Assembly: GCA_963783675.1 (NCBI GenBank)
Contig: CAWAOU010000010.1
Span: 13,050 to 77,049, forward strand
Length of the DNA stretch: 64,000 bases
DNA from: an uncultured Gammaproteobacteria bacterium
Lineage (GTDB): Bacteria; Pseudomonadota; Gammaproteobacteria; Competibacterales; JAHEDQ01
Reading direction: 5' to 3'
A model generated the notes under the pieces. That model saw nothing but the letters and a program-made list of their open reading frames with translations, searched no databases and was not told where the DNA came from. Position 1 is the stretch's first letter. Each line of letters starts with the position of its first letter. This document shows, piece by piece, positions 17,887-28,426 of this stretch. A program made the position numbers and the translations under genes.

Positions 17887-19476
17887 ATGACAAACCAGAA
17901 CGATCCGCGGCTGGCCGGCGTGGCGCCACGGCTGGAACTGCAGGACATCACCAAGATCTACCCGGCCGTGGTGGCCAACGACGGCGTCAATCTTCAGGTG
18001 CTGCCCGGCGAGATTCATGCGGTCCTGGGTGAAAACGGCGCCGGTAAAAGCACCCTGATGAAAATCATCTACGGTGTCACCAAGGCGGATCGCGGCACCG
18101 TGTCCTGGAACGGGCAGGAGGTGGAGATCGCCAATCCGGCCCAGGCCCGGCGGCTGGGCATCGGTATGGTGTTCCAGCATTTTTCCCTGTTCGAAACCCT
18201 GACGGTGGTGCAGAACATTGCCCTGGCGGTCGAAGAACCGTTTGACCTGGACGGTCTGGCCAGCCGTATCGTTGAGGTCTCCGAACGCTACGGCCTGCCG
18301 CTGGACCCGCGGCGACTGGTGCATTCCCTATCGGTGGGGGAGCGCCAACGGGTCGAGATCGTGCGCTGTCTGCTGCAGGATCCCAAGCTTCTGATCATGG
18401 ACGAGCCCACCTCGGTATTGACACCCCAGGCGGTGCGCAAACTGTTCGAGACCCTGAACCGTCTGTCGTCGGAGGGCTGCAGCATCCTCTACATCAGCCA
18501 CAAGCTGGAGGAAATCAGGGAACTGTGTCACAAGGCCACGGTAATGCGGGGCGGTAAGGTCACCGGCGAGGCGGATCCGCGGCAGGAGACCGCGTCCAGC
18601 CTGGCGCGCATGATGATCGGGCGGGAGTTGCCGGTGTGCCAACAGGCACCGGCGACAGAGGGGGGCGAGCCGAGACTGGTCATCGCCGGTCTGTCACGGA
18701 CATCGGACGATCCCTTCGGCACCGATCTCAAGGACATACGCCTCACGGTGCACGGTGGCGAGATCGTGGGCATCGCCGGCATTTCCGGCAACGGTCAGCA
18801 GGAATTACTGGCGGCCCTGAGCGGCGAGCAACCCCTGGATCCGCATCAGACCTACGAGATCCATATCAACGGTCAATCGGTGGGGAATCTGGATCCCGCT
18901 GCGCGCCGCAATCTGGGTCTGGGCTTCGTGCCCGAGGAACGGCTCGGGCGGGGCGCGGTACCCGCCATGTCCCTGGCCGACAACGCCCTGCTCACCGCGC
19001 ATCGTGCCGGTATGGTGAAGCTGGGGCTGGTGGCCGGTGCTCAGGTCAGGGCCTTCGCCGATCGCTGTATCGAGACATTTGATGTGCGCTGTGGCGGACA
19101 CGGGGCGGTGGCCAAAAGCCTGTCCGGGGGTAACCTGCAAAAGTTCATTGTCGGCCGCGAACTGCTGCAATCCCCCAGCGTGATGATCGCCGCCCAGCCC
19201 ACCTGGGGGGTCGATGTGGGGGCAGCCACCACCATCCGTCAAGCGCTGATCGATTTGCGCAACCAGGGCGTCGCGGTCCTGGTCATCTCGGAGGAACTGG
19301 AGGAGTTGTTCGAAATATGCGACCGCATCGCGGTCATTGCCGAGGGTCGACTGTCGCCCACCAAGGTCACTGCGGAGACCAATCACGAAGAGATTGGTCT
19401 TTGGATGAGCGGCATGTTTCCCGGTGTCGAAGACGAACCGCTGCCAGACCTGCAGGAGTTGACCGATGCGCATTAG
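17887..19476 (+). CDS. Purine/nucleoside ABC transporter ATP-binding protein (CUT2, double ABC)
   Basis: GENGAGKS, MDEPT, LSGGNLQK, QPTWGVDVG. Start could also be ATG 17866. Confidence 0.92.
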   Translation: MTNQNDPRLAGVAPRLELQDITKIYPAVVANDGVNLQVLPGEIHAVLGENGAGKSTLMKIIYGVTKADRGTVSWNGQEVEIANPAQARRLGIGMVFQHFSLFETLTVVQNIALAVEEPFDLDGLASRIVEVSERYGLPLDPRRLVHSLSVGERQRVEIVRCLLQDPKLLIMDEPTSVLTPQAVRKLFETLNRLSSEGCSILYISHKLEEIRELCHKATVMRGGKVTGEADPRQETASSLARMMIGRELPVCQQAPATEGGEPRLVIAGLSRTSDDPFGTDLKDIRLTVHGGEIVGIAGISGNGQQELLAALSGEQPLDPHQTYEIHINGQSVGNLDPAARRNLGLGFVPEERLGRGAVPAMSLADNALLTAHRAGMVKLGLVAGAQVRAFADRCIETFDVRCGGHGAVAKSLSGGNLQKFIVGRELLQSPSVMIAAQPTWGVDVGAATTIRQALIDLRNQGVAVLVISEELEELFEICDRIAVIAEGRLSPTKVTAETNHEEIGLWMSGMFPGVEDEPLPDLQELTDAH

Positions 19477-20569
19477 GATCGAACCCCGAGCGCAACCCTC
19501 GCGCCTCATGGGATGGCTGTCGCCGCTCCTGGCCGTGGTGCTCACATTGGTTACCGGCTTTCTGTTTTCTGCCTTTTTGGGTATGAGTCCCGTGGACGCC
19601 TTCCATGCTTTTTTCGTCGCCCCCATCGACGACCTGTACGGGCTGGGGGAACTGGGGGTCAAAGCGGCGCCCCTGGCCCTGATCGCGGTGGGTCTGGCCA
19701 TCGGCTTCCGCTCCAATGTGTGGAATATCGGCGCCGAGGGCCAGCTCACCTTCGGTGCCCTGGTCGGCGGCGGCGTGGCCCTGTGGGCCTATGAGATGGA
19801 GGGTGCCTGGATTCTGCCGACGATGATTCTCGCCGGCGCACTGGGCGGCATGGCCTGGGCTTCAATTCCAGCGTTTTTGCGAACCCGGTTCAACACCAAC
19901 GAGATCCTGGTCAGTCTGATGCTGAACTATGTTGCGTTGCTGTGCCTGAGCTACATGGTTCATGGCCCGTGGCGCGATCCGGAAGGGTTTAACTTTCCCG
20001 AGTCCCGATTGTTCAGCGAATCGGCCATGTTGCCGATCATACTCGAAGACACCCGCCTGCATGCCGGGGCCCTGCTGGCCTTGGTGGCCGTGGTTTTGGG
20101 TTGGGTGTTTGTGAAAAAAAGCTTCATCGGCTATCAGATGCAGGTCGCAGGGTTGGCCGACACCGCCGCGCGCTATGCCGGTTTCAACCGCAAACGCATG
20201 ATCTGGATGGGTCTGCTGATCGGCGGTGCCGCGGCCGGAATTGCCGGCCTTTCTGAAGTGGCCGGGCCTATCGGTCAGTTGCTGCCCTCGGTATCGCCGG
20301 GCTACGGCTACGCCGCCATCATCGTCGCCTTCGTCGGACGATTGCACCCTGTGGGCATACTGCTGGCCAGCCTGCTGATGTCGCTGTTGTATCTTGGCGG
20401 CGAGTCGGCGCAGATGGAACTGGGGCTGCCCTCTGCGGTGACCGGCGTGTTTCAAGGCGTTCTGCTGTTCTATCTTCTGGCGGCGGATCTGTTTATCAAT
20501 TTCCGAATTCGCGCCGTGGCGCCGCCGGGTTCGCGCAGCCCATCGAAACCGGCGGAGGCCAGCTCCTGA
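19466..20569 (+). CDS. Purine/nucleoside ABC transporter permease 1
   Basis: WNIGAEGQ, NEILVSLML, multiple TM helices. Confidence 0.92.
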   Translation: MRIRIEPRAQPSRLMGWLSPLLAVVLTLVTGFLFSAFLGMSPVDAFHAFFVAPIDDLYGLGELGVKAAPLALIAVGLAIGFRSNVWNIGAEGQLTFGALVGGGVALWAYEMEGAWILPTMILAGALGGMAWASIPAFLRTRFNTNEILVSLMLNYVALLCLSYMVHGPWRDPEGFNFPESRLFSESAMLPIILEDTRLHAGALLALVAVVLGWVFVKKSFIGYQMQVAGLADTAARYAGFNRKRMIWMGLLIGGAAAGIAGLSEVAGPIGQLLPSVSPGYGYAAIIVAFVGRLHPVGILLASLLMSLLYLGGESAQMELGLPSAVTGVFQGVLLFYLLAADLFINFRIRAVAPPGSRSPSKPAEASS

Positions 20570-21489
20570 TGGACACTTTTACCGCGATCGTGTTGGCGAC
20601 GCTTGGGGCGGGCACCCCCCTGGTCTTTGCCGCCTTGGGTGAGCTGGTTACGGAGAAATCCGGGGTTCTGAATCTCGGCGTGGAGGGTATGATGCTGGTG
20701 GGCGCGGTGTGCGGCTTTGCCGTTGCCGCCGACTCGGGCAGCATCTGGCTGGGTGTATTGACGGCGGTGGTCGCCGGTGCCGCTATGGCATTGGTTTTCG
20801 CCGTGCTCACTCTGACGTTCCAGGCCAATCAGGTGGCCTCCGGTCTGGCCCTGACCATATTCGGGATTGGTTTGAGTGCGTTCATCGGTCTTAACTACAC
20901 CAGCGTGGCCCTGGACGGTATGGATCCGATTCAAATTCCCGTCCTCAGCGACATTCCGGTTGTTGGACCGCTGCTGTTCGGGCTGGACCCGCTGATGTAC
21001 CTGTCCTTCGCCCTGTTTGGGGCGGTGACCTGGTTTTTGTATCGCTCCAAGGCCGGCCTGCTGCTTCGCGGCATCGGCGAGGCGCCCCATTCGGCCCATG
21101 CCATCGGCTACCCGGTAATCCGTATCCGCTACCTCGCCGTGCTGTTCGGGGGCGCAATGGCCGGTTTGGGCGGGGCCTATCTCGCTTTGGTGTACACGCC
21201 TTTGTGGGTGGAGGAGATGACCGCCGGGCGGGGCTGGATCGCCCTGGCTTTGGTGGTGTTCTCCACCTGGAGGCCGGGCCGTGTGATGCTGGGCGCGTAT
21301 CTCTTCGGGGGCGTCACCATACTCCAGTTTCACGTCCAGGGGCTGGGCATCGATCTGCCGTCGCAGCTGTTGTCGATGCTGCCTTATCTGGCCACCATTA
21401 TCGTCCTGGTGTTGATCTCCCGAGACATCAACACCATCCGCCTCAATGCGCCGGCATCCATCGGCCAGGCGTTCCACCCGTCGAATTGA
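20569..21489 (+). CDS. Purine/nucleoside ABC transporter permease 2
   Basis: EKSGVLNLGVEGMML, TAGRGWIALA. Confidence 0.92.
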   Translation: MDTFTAIVLATLGAGTPLVFAALGELVTEKSGVLNLGVEGMMLVGAVCGFAVAADSGSIWLGVLTAVVAGAAMALVFAVLTLTFQANQVASGLALTIFGIGLSAFIGLNYTSVALDGMDPIQIPVLSDIPVVGPLLFGLDPLMYLSFALFGAVTWFLYRSKAGLLLRGIGEAPHSAHAIGYPVIRIRYLAVLFGGAMAGLGGAYLALVYTPLWVEEMTAGRGWIALALVVFSTWRPGRVMLGAYLFGGVTILQFHVQGLGIDLPSQLLSMLPYLATIIVLVLISRDINTIRLNAPASIGQAFHPSN

Positions 21490-21512
21490 CCACAACGACT
21501 GGAGAGACCGCA

Positions 21513-22598
21513 ATGAGCAGCATAAAGCGAAGAACCTCCCTGAAAGTCCTGTGCGCCGCGGCCGCCGTGATGATGGCGGGCGGCGCCCTGGCCGACGATC
21601 CGCTCAAGATCGGGTTTGTGTACGTGAGCCCGATCGGGGATGCGGGTTGGACCTACCAGCACGAGCAGGGCAGGCAGGCCATGCAGGAGGCCTTGGGCGC
21701 CGCAGTCGAGTCGAAGTACATCGAGGACGTGCCGGAGGGAGGCGAGTCCGAGCGTGTGATACGTCAATTCGCGGCCGACGACTACGGGCTGGTGTTCACC
21801 ACGTCGTTTGGCTATATGAACCCGACCCTCAAGGTGGCCAAGCGCTATCCAAAAGTCGCATTTGAGCATGCTACGGGCTACAAGAGCGCCAAGAACGTCG
21901 GGACCTATGTGGCGCGCTTCTATGAAGGCCGCTACCTGGCGGGGATCGTGGCTGGCGGCATGACCGAGACCAATGTTGCCGGCTACGTGGCGGCGTTTCC
22001 CATCCCGGAGGTGGTGCGGGGTATAAACGCCTTTACCCAGGGCATGCGCAGTGTGAACCCGGACGCCGAGGTCAAGGTGATCTGGACCAGTTCATGGTTC
22101 GATCCGGGCCGAGAAAGCGAGGCGGCGAACGTCCTGATCGCGCAGGGCGCCGATGTGGTGACCCACCATACCGACTCCACGGCGGTGGTCCAGGCGGCGG
22201 AAGAAAAGGGCGTCTGGGCGGTGGGCTATCACTCCGATATGTCCAGTTACGGGCCCAAATCCCAGCTCACGGCGGTGCGCCACCATTGGGGTGATTTCTA
22301 CACCAAAACCGCGCAACAGGTGCTGGACGGCACCTGGAAATCGGAAAATGTCTGGGGTGGCATCAAGGAAGGCATGATCGATATCGCGCCCCTCAACGAA
22401 GCCGTGCCGGAAGACCTGGTCAAGCAGGTGGCCGCTGCCGAGGCCGGTATTCGAGACGGTACGCTGCATCCCTTCCAGGGACCGGTCAAGAACCAGGCGG
22501 GGGAGATCGTCATCGCCGAGGGCGAGGTCATGACCGACGACCAAATGGTCAAGATGGAATATTACGTGGAAGGCGTGCAGGGCAATCTGCCGGACTGA
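21513..22598 (+). CDS. BMP-family purine/nucleoside ABC substrate-binding protein
   Basis: Signal peptide, GFVYVSPIGDAGWTYQH, TTSFGYM, WFDP. SD GGAGA before ATG 21513. Confidence 0.93.
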   Translation: MSSIKRRTSLKVLCAAAAVMMAGGALADDPLKIGFVYVSPIGDAGWTYQHEQGRQAMQEALGAAVESKYIEDVPEGGESERVIRQFAADDYGLVFTTSFGYMNPTLKVAKRYPKVAFEHATGYKSAKNVGTYVARFYEGRYLAGIVAGGMTETNVAGYVAAFPIPEVVRGINAFTQGMRSVNPDAEVKVIWTSSWFDPGRESEAANVLIAQGADVVTHHTDSTAVVQAAEEKGVWAVGYHSDMSSYGPKSQLTAVRHHWGDFYTKTAQQVLDGTWKSENVWGGIKEGMIDIAPLNEAVPEDLVKQVAAAEAGIRDGTLHPFQGPVKNQAGEIVIAEGEVMTDDQMVKMEYYVEGVQGNLPD

Positions 22599-22624
22599 TC
22601 CGGGAACCTTTCCGACGCTCGGTT

Positions 22625-22656
22625 GCCGGCGTCATACCAGAGCGTATGACGCCGGC
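22625..22656 (+). promoter_or_regulatory. Intra-operonic 13-bp perfect hairpin (likely mRNA-stabilising or attenuating element)
   Basis: gccggcgtcatac-cagagc-gtatgacgccggc directly after the substrate-binding protein gene. No U-tract. Confidence 0.6.
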
Positions 22657-22696
22657 GCCGACCACCACACGTGCAACCAGCAGCTAGGTGGTCCCG

Positions 22697-23902
22697 ATGG
22701 AAGCCTATATTGTCGACTGGCTGAATCTGTTCGGCCGCTGGCTGCACCTGATTACGGGAATTGCCTGGATCGGCGCCTCCTTTTATTTCGTATGGCTTGA
22801 CAATCATCTGCTCCCGCCTCGGGCCGCCGCCGATTCGGAACGGGGCATTGGCGGTGAGCTGTGGGCCGTGCACGGAGGTGGTTTTTATCAGGCCCAGAAG
22901 TTCAGGTTGACACCCCCATCGCTGCCGGAACCGTTGCATTGGTTCAAATGGGAAGCCTATTGGACCTGGATGTCGGGCATGTTTCTGCTCGCCCTGATCT
23001 ATTGGTACGGGGCCGAGATCTATTTGATCGACCCGAACGTGGCCGAGCTCAGCAAGGCGGTGGCCATTGTTATCGGCGCGGGCACCTTGGCCGGTGGCTG
23101 GGTCCTGTACGACATGCTCTGCAAGTCGCCCCTGGGGCGGGATGACCGCAAGCTGGCGGGCGTCGTGTTCCTGTTCGTATCGGTGGTGGCGTTTGCGCTA
23201 TGCCACGTGTTCAGCGGTCGCGGCGCTTACATTCATTTTGGCGGCATGCTGGGCACCATCATGGTGGCCAATGTGTTTTTCGTGATTATGCCGGCCCAGC
23301 GGGAACTGGTGGCGGCATGCGCCGAGGGGCGGGCGCCGGACCCCACGCCGGGCCTGAACGCCAAACAGCGATCGGTCCACAACACCTATTTCACCCTGCC
23401 GGTCCTGTTCGTCATGGTCAGCAACCACTACGCCGGCACCTACGGACATGCGTACAACTGGCTGATCCTGATCGCCATATCCCTGGTGGGGGCGCTGATT
23501 CGAGTGTGGTTCGTGCAGCGTCATTTCGGCAAATCCGGGCCGCTGCCTCTGGTTGGGGCCGGACTCATTCTGCTGGCGGTGGTGGCGGCACTGGCTCCCC
23601 GACCGGTGCCCACGGTGTCCAACGGCGAACGCAGCGGCGCGCAACTGTTTGGCCAGGTGCGCGGAATCGTCGCCACCCGCTGCAGCAGTTGCCACGCTGC
23701 TGAACCCAGTCAACCCGGCTTCACCGCGCCGCCCAAGGGCGTTGTGTTCGAGACCGATCTGGACATCGTCAACCAAGCTGTTTCCATTCACCAGCAGTCG
23801 GTGGTGAGCAAGGCCATGCCCATCGCGAACCTGACCCAGATGACCGACGGCGAGCGCGCGCTGTTGGATCAATGGTTTCGATCCGGCGCCAAGACCGAGT
23901 AA
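22697..23902 (+). CDS. puuD: Membrane urate hydroxylase with C-terminal cytochrome c domain
   Basis: RWLHLITGIAWIGASFYF, LHWFKWEAY, RSVHNTYFTLPV and the CSSCH heme motif. Confidence 0.93.
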   Translation: MEAYIVDWLNLFGRWLHLITGIAWIGASFYFVWLDNHLLPPRAAADSERGIGGELWAVHGGGFYQAQKFRLTPPSLPEPLHWFKWEAYWTWMSGMFLLALIYWYGAEIYLIDPNVAELSKAVAIVIGAGTLAGGWVLYDMLCKSPLGRDDRKLAGVVFLFVSVVAFALCHVFSGRGAYIHFGGMLGTIMVANVFFVIMPAQRELVAACAEGRAPDPTPGLNAKQRSVHNTYFTLPVLFVMVSNHYAGTYGHAYNWLILIAISLVGALIRVWFVQRHFGKSGPLPLVGAGLILLAVVAALAPRPVPTVSNGERSGAQLFGQVRGIVATRCSSCHAAEPSQPGFTAPPKGVVFETDLDIVNQAVSIHQQSVVSKAMPIANLTQMTDGERALLDQWFRSGAKTE

Positions 23903-23949
23903 GCGGAATGTGAACGATCCAGTTTCAACACCGCATCGGACGGAGTGAA

Positions 23950-24906
23950 ATGAATCAGGAATATCCACGGGATCTGATCGGTTACGGTGCCCGGCCGCCG
24001 CTCGTAAACTGGCCGGGGAGCGCAAGACTGGCCCTCCAGTTCGTCATCAACTACGAGGAGGGCGGCGAGAATTGCGTTCTGCACGGCGACGCGGCCTCCG
24101 AGAGCTTTTTGTCCGAGATCGTGGGTGCAACGCCTGTAGATGGCATGCGCCACATGAACATGGAGTCGATCTACGAGTACGGGGCCCGGGCCGGGTTCTG
24201 GCGCCTGCACCGCATGTTTACCCAGCGTTTTTTGCCGGTCACCGTGTTCGGTGTGGCCATGGCCCTGGCACGCAATCCAAGCGCGGTGGCCGCCATGCGC
24301 GAGGCCGATTGGGAGATTGCCAGCCACGGTTTGCGCTGGATCGACTATCAGCACGTGACCGAAGCCCTGGAGCGGGAGCATCTGCGTCAGGCCGTCGATC
24401 TGCACACGCAGGTCACGGGCAGCCGGCCGTTGGGCTGGTATCTGGGACGCTGCAGTCCCAACTCTCACCGTCTGGTGGCGGAGGAGGGCGGCTTTGAATA
24501 CAACGCGGACAGCTACGCCGACGATCTGCCCTATTGGGACACGGGCCATTCGGTGCCCCAGCTGATGGTGCCCTACACTCTGGATGCCAACGATATGCGG
24601 TTCGCGTCGGCGCAGGGATTCAACAGCGGCGAGCAGTTTTTCAACTACCTGCGGGATGCCTTTGACGTGTTGTATGCAGAGGGTGAACAGGCCCCTCGGA
24701 TGATGTCGGTTGGCCTGCACTGTCGACTGGTCGGGCGTCCCGGACGCGCCGCTTCGCTGGCCCGCTTCCTCGACCATGTGAACCGACATGAGCGAGTCTG
24801 GGTGTGCCGTCGCATCGATATCGCTCGCCACTGGCGGACGCATCATCCCTGGCAGGGCCATCCCGGGCCGGATGGTGGTTACCAACCGGGCACGGGTAGT
24901 GAATGA
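23950..24906 (+). CDS. puuE: Allantoinase PuuE (polysaccharide-deacetylase fold)
   Basis: YPRDLIGYG, NYEEGGE, ESIYEYG.RAG.WR, MMSVGLHCRLVGRPGR. Confidence 0.95.
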   Translation: MNQEYPRDLIGYGARPPLVNWPGSARLALQFVINYEEGGENCVLHGDAASESFLSEIVGATPVDGMRHMNMESIYEYGARAGFWRLHRMFTQRFLPVTVFGVAMALARNPSAVAAMREADWEIASHGLRWIDYQHVTEALEREHLRQAVDLHTQVTGSRPLGWYLGRCSPNSHRLVAEEGGFEYNADSYADDLPYWDTGHSVPQLMVPYTLDANDMRFASAQGFNSGEQFFNYLRDAFDVLYAEGEQAPRMMSVGLHCRLVGRPGRAASLARFLDHVNRHERVWVCRRIDIARHWRTHHPWQGHPGPDGGYQPGTGSE

Positions 24907-25439
24907 ACATGGCCCGAGATGCTCGTTTCAATCCCGCGCCCCATGAGATGACCGAGGCCGATTTTATCGCTCGATTTGGCGGCGTATACGAGCATTCGCC
25001 CTGGATTGCCCAGGAGGCCTACAGACAGGGACTGGGACCGGACCAGGACAGTCCCGAGGGCTTGAGTGCGGTCATGCAGGGTGTCGTTGCGCAGGCGGAT
25101 CGAGACCGGCTGTTGGCCCTGATCCAGGCCCATCCCGATCTGGCGGGACGCGCCGCCGTGCGGGGCGAGCTGACCGCGGAATCCGGCGCCGAGCAGGCCG
25201 GTGCAGGCATTGACCAATGCACCACGGATGAGTTCGAGCGCTTCCAGCGCTTGAACGCGTCCTACAAATCCAAGTTTGGATTTCCCTTCATCATGGCGGT
25301 CAAGGGCAGTGATCGGCACCGTATTCTGGCGGCGTTCGAACAGCGACTCGAACATGAACCGGAGCTCGAATTCGATACCGCCGTGGAGCAGATTCACCGC
25401 ATCGCCCGTTTCCGCCTGGACGCAATCGCCCGGTCGTGA
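24903..25439 (+). CDS. uraD: OHCU decarboxylase
   Basis: YEHSPWIA, AHPDLA, EQAGAG, KFGFPFIMAV. Confidence 0.95.
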   Translation: MNMARDARFNPAPHEMTEADFIARFGGVYEHSPWIAQEAYRQGLGPDQDSPEGLSAVMQGVVAQADRDRLLALIQAHPDLAGRAAVRGELTAESGAEQAGAGIDQCTTDEFERFQRLNASYKSKFGFPFIMAVKGSDRHRILAAFEQRLEHEPELEFDTAVEQIHRIARFRLDAIARS

Positions 25440-25468
25440 CCGGTCCGAATTCCTTACGGTAGATCAGT

Positions 25469-26476
25469 ATGAGCAGTGAAACCCCAAGCGACCACCCTTT
25501 GCGTCGTCTCACCAATCTGGCCCATCCCCGCCTTGGCGCCAAAGCGGTGTTCGCCACCGACGAGTGGTTCGCGCCCTGCGAGCGAATGCTGTCGGCCGAT
25601 GCCCCGGTTTTCATCGACGATAAGTTTGATGACCACGGCAAGTGGATGGATGGTTGGGAAACCCGGCGCAAGCGCAGCGAAGGCCATGACCACGCGGTGG
25701 TCCGGCTCGGTCGACCCGGTGTCATACGCGGCCTGGAAATCGACACCACCCACTTTACCGGCAATTATCCACCGGCGGCCTCGGTGGATGCCTGTTATTG
25801 CCCCGAGGGCGACCCGGACACGACTGCGCAATGGCAACAAATCCTGGCTTCGGTGAGCCTGAAAGGCGACAGCCAGCACGTGCACGCCATAAGCGATGAC
25901 GGCGTCTTCAGCCATGTACGTCTGAACATTTATCCGGACGGGGGCGTCGCCCGATTCAGAGTCTACGGCGCGCCACAGTGCGACTGGGACAGCCGCGATC
26001 CATCCGAAGTCATTGATCTGCTGGCGTTGGAGCAGGGTGGTCGCGCCATCACCTGCAATGACGAGCACTACGGCACCATAGGGAATCTCAACATGCCGGG
26101 CCGCGGCATCAACATGGGCGACGGTTGGGAAACCCGGCGCAGACGGGAACCCGGCAACGACTGGGCCATCCTGGCCCTGGGCCATCCGGGCCGGATCACT
26201 GCCATCGAGGTGGACACCGCTCATTTCAAGGGCAATTACCCGGATCGCTGCTCGATCCAGGCTGCTTATGTGCGCGGTGGCACCGTCGATTCCCTGGTCA
26301 CTCAGAGCATGTTCTGGCCTGAACTGCTGCCGCCGCAAAAGCTCGAAATGGATGCGATTCACCGTTTTGCCAGGGAAGTGGTGGACATGGGGACCGTCAC
26401 ACATGTTCGGCTCAACATCATTCCGGACGGCGGCGTCAGTCGGCTGCGTGCCTATGGCACCATCGATCGGAGCTGA
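25469..26476 (+). CDS. alc: Allantoicase
   Basis: Two repeats of DGWETRR..., DT.HF.GNYP, PDGGV.R.R.YG. Confidence 0.97.
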   Translation: MSSETPSDHPLRRLTNLAHPRLGAKAVFATDEWFAPCERMLSADAPVFIDDKFDDHGKWMDGWETRRKRSEGHDHAVVRLGRPGVIRGLEIDTTHFTGNYPPAASVDACYCPEGDPDTTAQWQQILASVSLKGDSQHVHAISDDGVFSHVRLNIYPDGGVARFRVYGAPQCDWDSRDPSEVIDLLALEQGGRAITCNDEHYGTIGNLNMPGRGINMGDGWETRRRREPGNDWAILALGHPGRITAIEVDTAHFKGNYPDRCSIQAAYVRGGTVDSLVTQSMFWPELLPPQKLEMDAIHRFAREVVDMGTVTHVRLNIIPDGGVSRLRAYGTIDRS

Positions 26477-26489
26477 ACAGGGCATGCCC

Positions 26490-26996
26490 ATGGCAGAAAT
26501 CGAACTCAAGGCCGCGCCGCTGACTCGCGCAACCTTTGCACCCTTTGGTGATGTGATTGAAACCGAGGGCGCCCACCATTTCCCGATCAACGCGGGTGCC
26601 ATCGAGCGCTTCCATGATCTGGCCCGGGTGGATGTCGGCGACGAGCATGAGGGCCACACTCTGATCAGCATTGCCCGCTGCAATCAGCCGACCTCACCCC
26701 CGTTCCGCGTGGGCCTGGTGGAACGACATCCCCTGGGCAGTCAGGCGTTCATACCCCTGGGCGGGAGCCCGTTGATCGTGGTGGTTGCGGCCGCGGGTGA
26801 GCGCGTCGAGCCCGCACAACTGCGCGCCTTCATCTCCAATGGCCGCCAGGGTATCAACTTCCATCGCGGCACTTGGCACATGCCCATGATCGCATTGGAT
26901 CAGGACCAACAGATGGTCATCGTGGATCGAGGCGGGCCCGGGCAGAACTGCGATGAGTGGCCGTTCCGGGATCAGGAGATTGTGGTTCGTGTGTAA
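26490..26996 (+). CDS. allA: Ureidoglycolate lyase
   Basis: FAPFGDVIE, ERHPLGSQAFIP, GINFHRGTWH, VDR.G.G.NC. Confidence 0.95.
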   Translation: MAEIELKAAPLTRATFAPFGDVIETEGAHHFPINAGAIERFHDLARVDVGDEHEGHTLISIARCNQPTSPPFRVGLVERHPLGSQAFIPLGGSPLIVVVAAAGERVEPAQLRAFISNGRQGINFHRGTWHMPMIALDQDQQMVIVDRGGPGQNCDEWPFRDQEIVVRV

Positions 26997-27052
26997 GCGC
27001 GGATCGGCCGGGGTTAGACGATGGCACCAGACCGCCACCCGGGTCTGAGATT

Positions 27053-28426
27053 ATGACCGTCGTCGGCCAGCCCCGGCAAACGGGCCAGCCTCGGCAAACG
27101 GGTGATATCGCCAGACCCCTGGCGGTTCGAGGCGCCATCATCCATTGCAGTTCCGATCCCGGCGAGAGTTCCAACGGTGTCGGCGTCGAGTACCTCCCTG
27201 ACGGGCTGCTGTTGATCGATCGTGGTCGAATACTGCGCAGCGGTCCGGCGCCCGAATTGCTGCGGGATCTGGGCGAGCAGTGGCACGTGGTGGATTACAG
27301 CGGGAAGCTGATCGTGCCCGGCTTCGTCGATTGCCATGTGCATTATCCGCAGACCGACATGATCGCCTCCTACGGTGCGCAGCTGCTGGACTGGCTGGAA
27401 CAGTACACTTTTCCCACCGAGCGGCATTTTGAAGACGCCGGCCATGCTGCGGAAGTGGCGGATTTCTTTCTCACCGAGTTGTTGCGCAACGGCACCACCA
27501 CCGCATTGGTGTTCGGAACCGTGCATCCGGGTTCGGTCGAGGCTTTTTTTGCTGCCTCGGCGCGGCGCAATACCCGCATGGTGGCGGGTAAAGTGCTGAT
27601 GGACCGCAACGCACCGGACTATCTGCGGGACTCCCCCAGCACCGGGTATCGGGACAGCAAGGTGTTGATCGAACGGTGGCACGGCAACGGTCGGCAGGCC
27701 TATGCCGTCACCCCTCGTTTTGCCCCGACCTCGAGCGAGTCCCAGCTTGAGCTGGCCGGCCGTCTGGCCCAGGAGCATCCGGATGTCTATATCCACAGCC
27801 ACGTAGCCGAGAACCGGGGTGAGGTGGACTGGGTGGCGGAGTTGTTCCCCTGGAGCCGAAGTTACCTGGACGTCTATGACCGGTACCAACTGGTCCGTCG
27901 CCGCGCGGTGTATGCTCACTGCATCCATCTCGACCCGCAGGACCGCCAGCGCATGTCGGAAATGGGCGCCGTGGCGGCTTTCTGCCCGACATCGAATCTG
28001 TTTCTGGGCAGTGGCCTGTTCGACCTTGAGGCCGCCGACCAGTGCGGCTTGCGGGTGGGTTTGGCTACCGACGTGGGCGCCGGTACCAGTTTCGGTATGT
28101 TGCAGACCTTGAATGAGGCTTACAAAGTGCTGCAGATGCGCGGCCGGAGTCTGTCGCCTTACCGCGGCCTTTATCTGGCGACCCTGGGCGGGGCGCGGGC
28201 ATTGGACATGGATGGGGTGATTGGCAATTTCGAACCGGATCGGGAAGCCGATTTTGTGGTGTTGGACCCGGCCGCAACGCCGCTGTTGGCCCGGCGGCTG
28301 GCGGGGTGGAGTGATCCTGCGGATGTCTTGTTCGCGCTCATGATGCTGGGCGACGACCGCGCGGTCGCTGCGACCTATGTCATGGGGGAGCTCAAGCATA
28401 CGCGCGCTGAGCCCTCGGCCGCATGA
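27053..28426 (+). CDS. guaD: Guanine deaminase
   Basis: PGFVDCHVHYPQ, LLDWLEQYTFP, TPRFAPTS, HSHVAEN, FCPTSNLFLGSG, TDVGAG. Confidence 0.96.
   Translation: MTVVGQPRQTGQPRQTGDIARPLAVRGAIIHCSSDPGESSNGVGVEYLPDGLLLIDRGRILRSGPAPELLRDLGEQWHVVDYSGKLIVPGFVDCHVHYPQTDMIASYGAQLLDWLEQYTFPTERHFEDAGHAAEVADFFLTELLRNGTTTALVFGTVHPGSVEAFFAASARRNTRMVAGKVLMDRNAPDYLRDSPSTGYRDSKVLIERWHGNGRQAYAVTPRFAPTSSESQLELAGRLAQEHPDVYIHSHVAENRGEVDWVAELFPWSRSYLDVYDRYQLVRRRAVYAHCIHLDPQDRQRMSEMGAVAAFCPTSNLFLGSGLFDLEAADQCGLRVGLATDVGAGTSFGMLQTLNEAYKVLQMRGRSLSPYRGLYLATLGGARALDMDGVIGNFEPDREADFVVLDPAATPLLARRLAGWSDPADVLFALMMLGDDRAVAATYVMGELKHTRAEPSAA

Noticed and set aside
27065-27102. 18-bp tandem duplication (GQPRQT x2) at the guaD N-terminus
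   Set aside because: Real, but most likely neutral slippage in a variable N-terminal tail.
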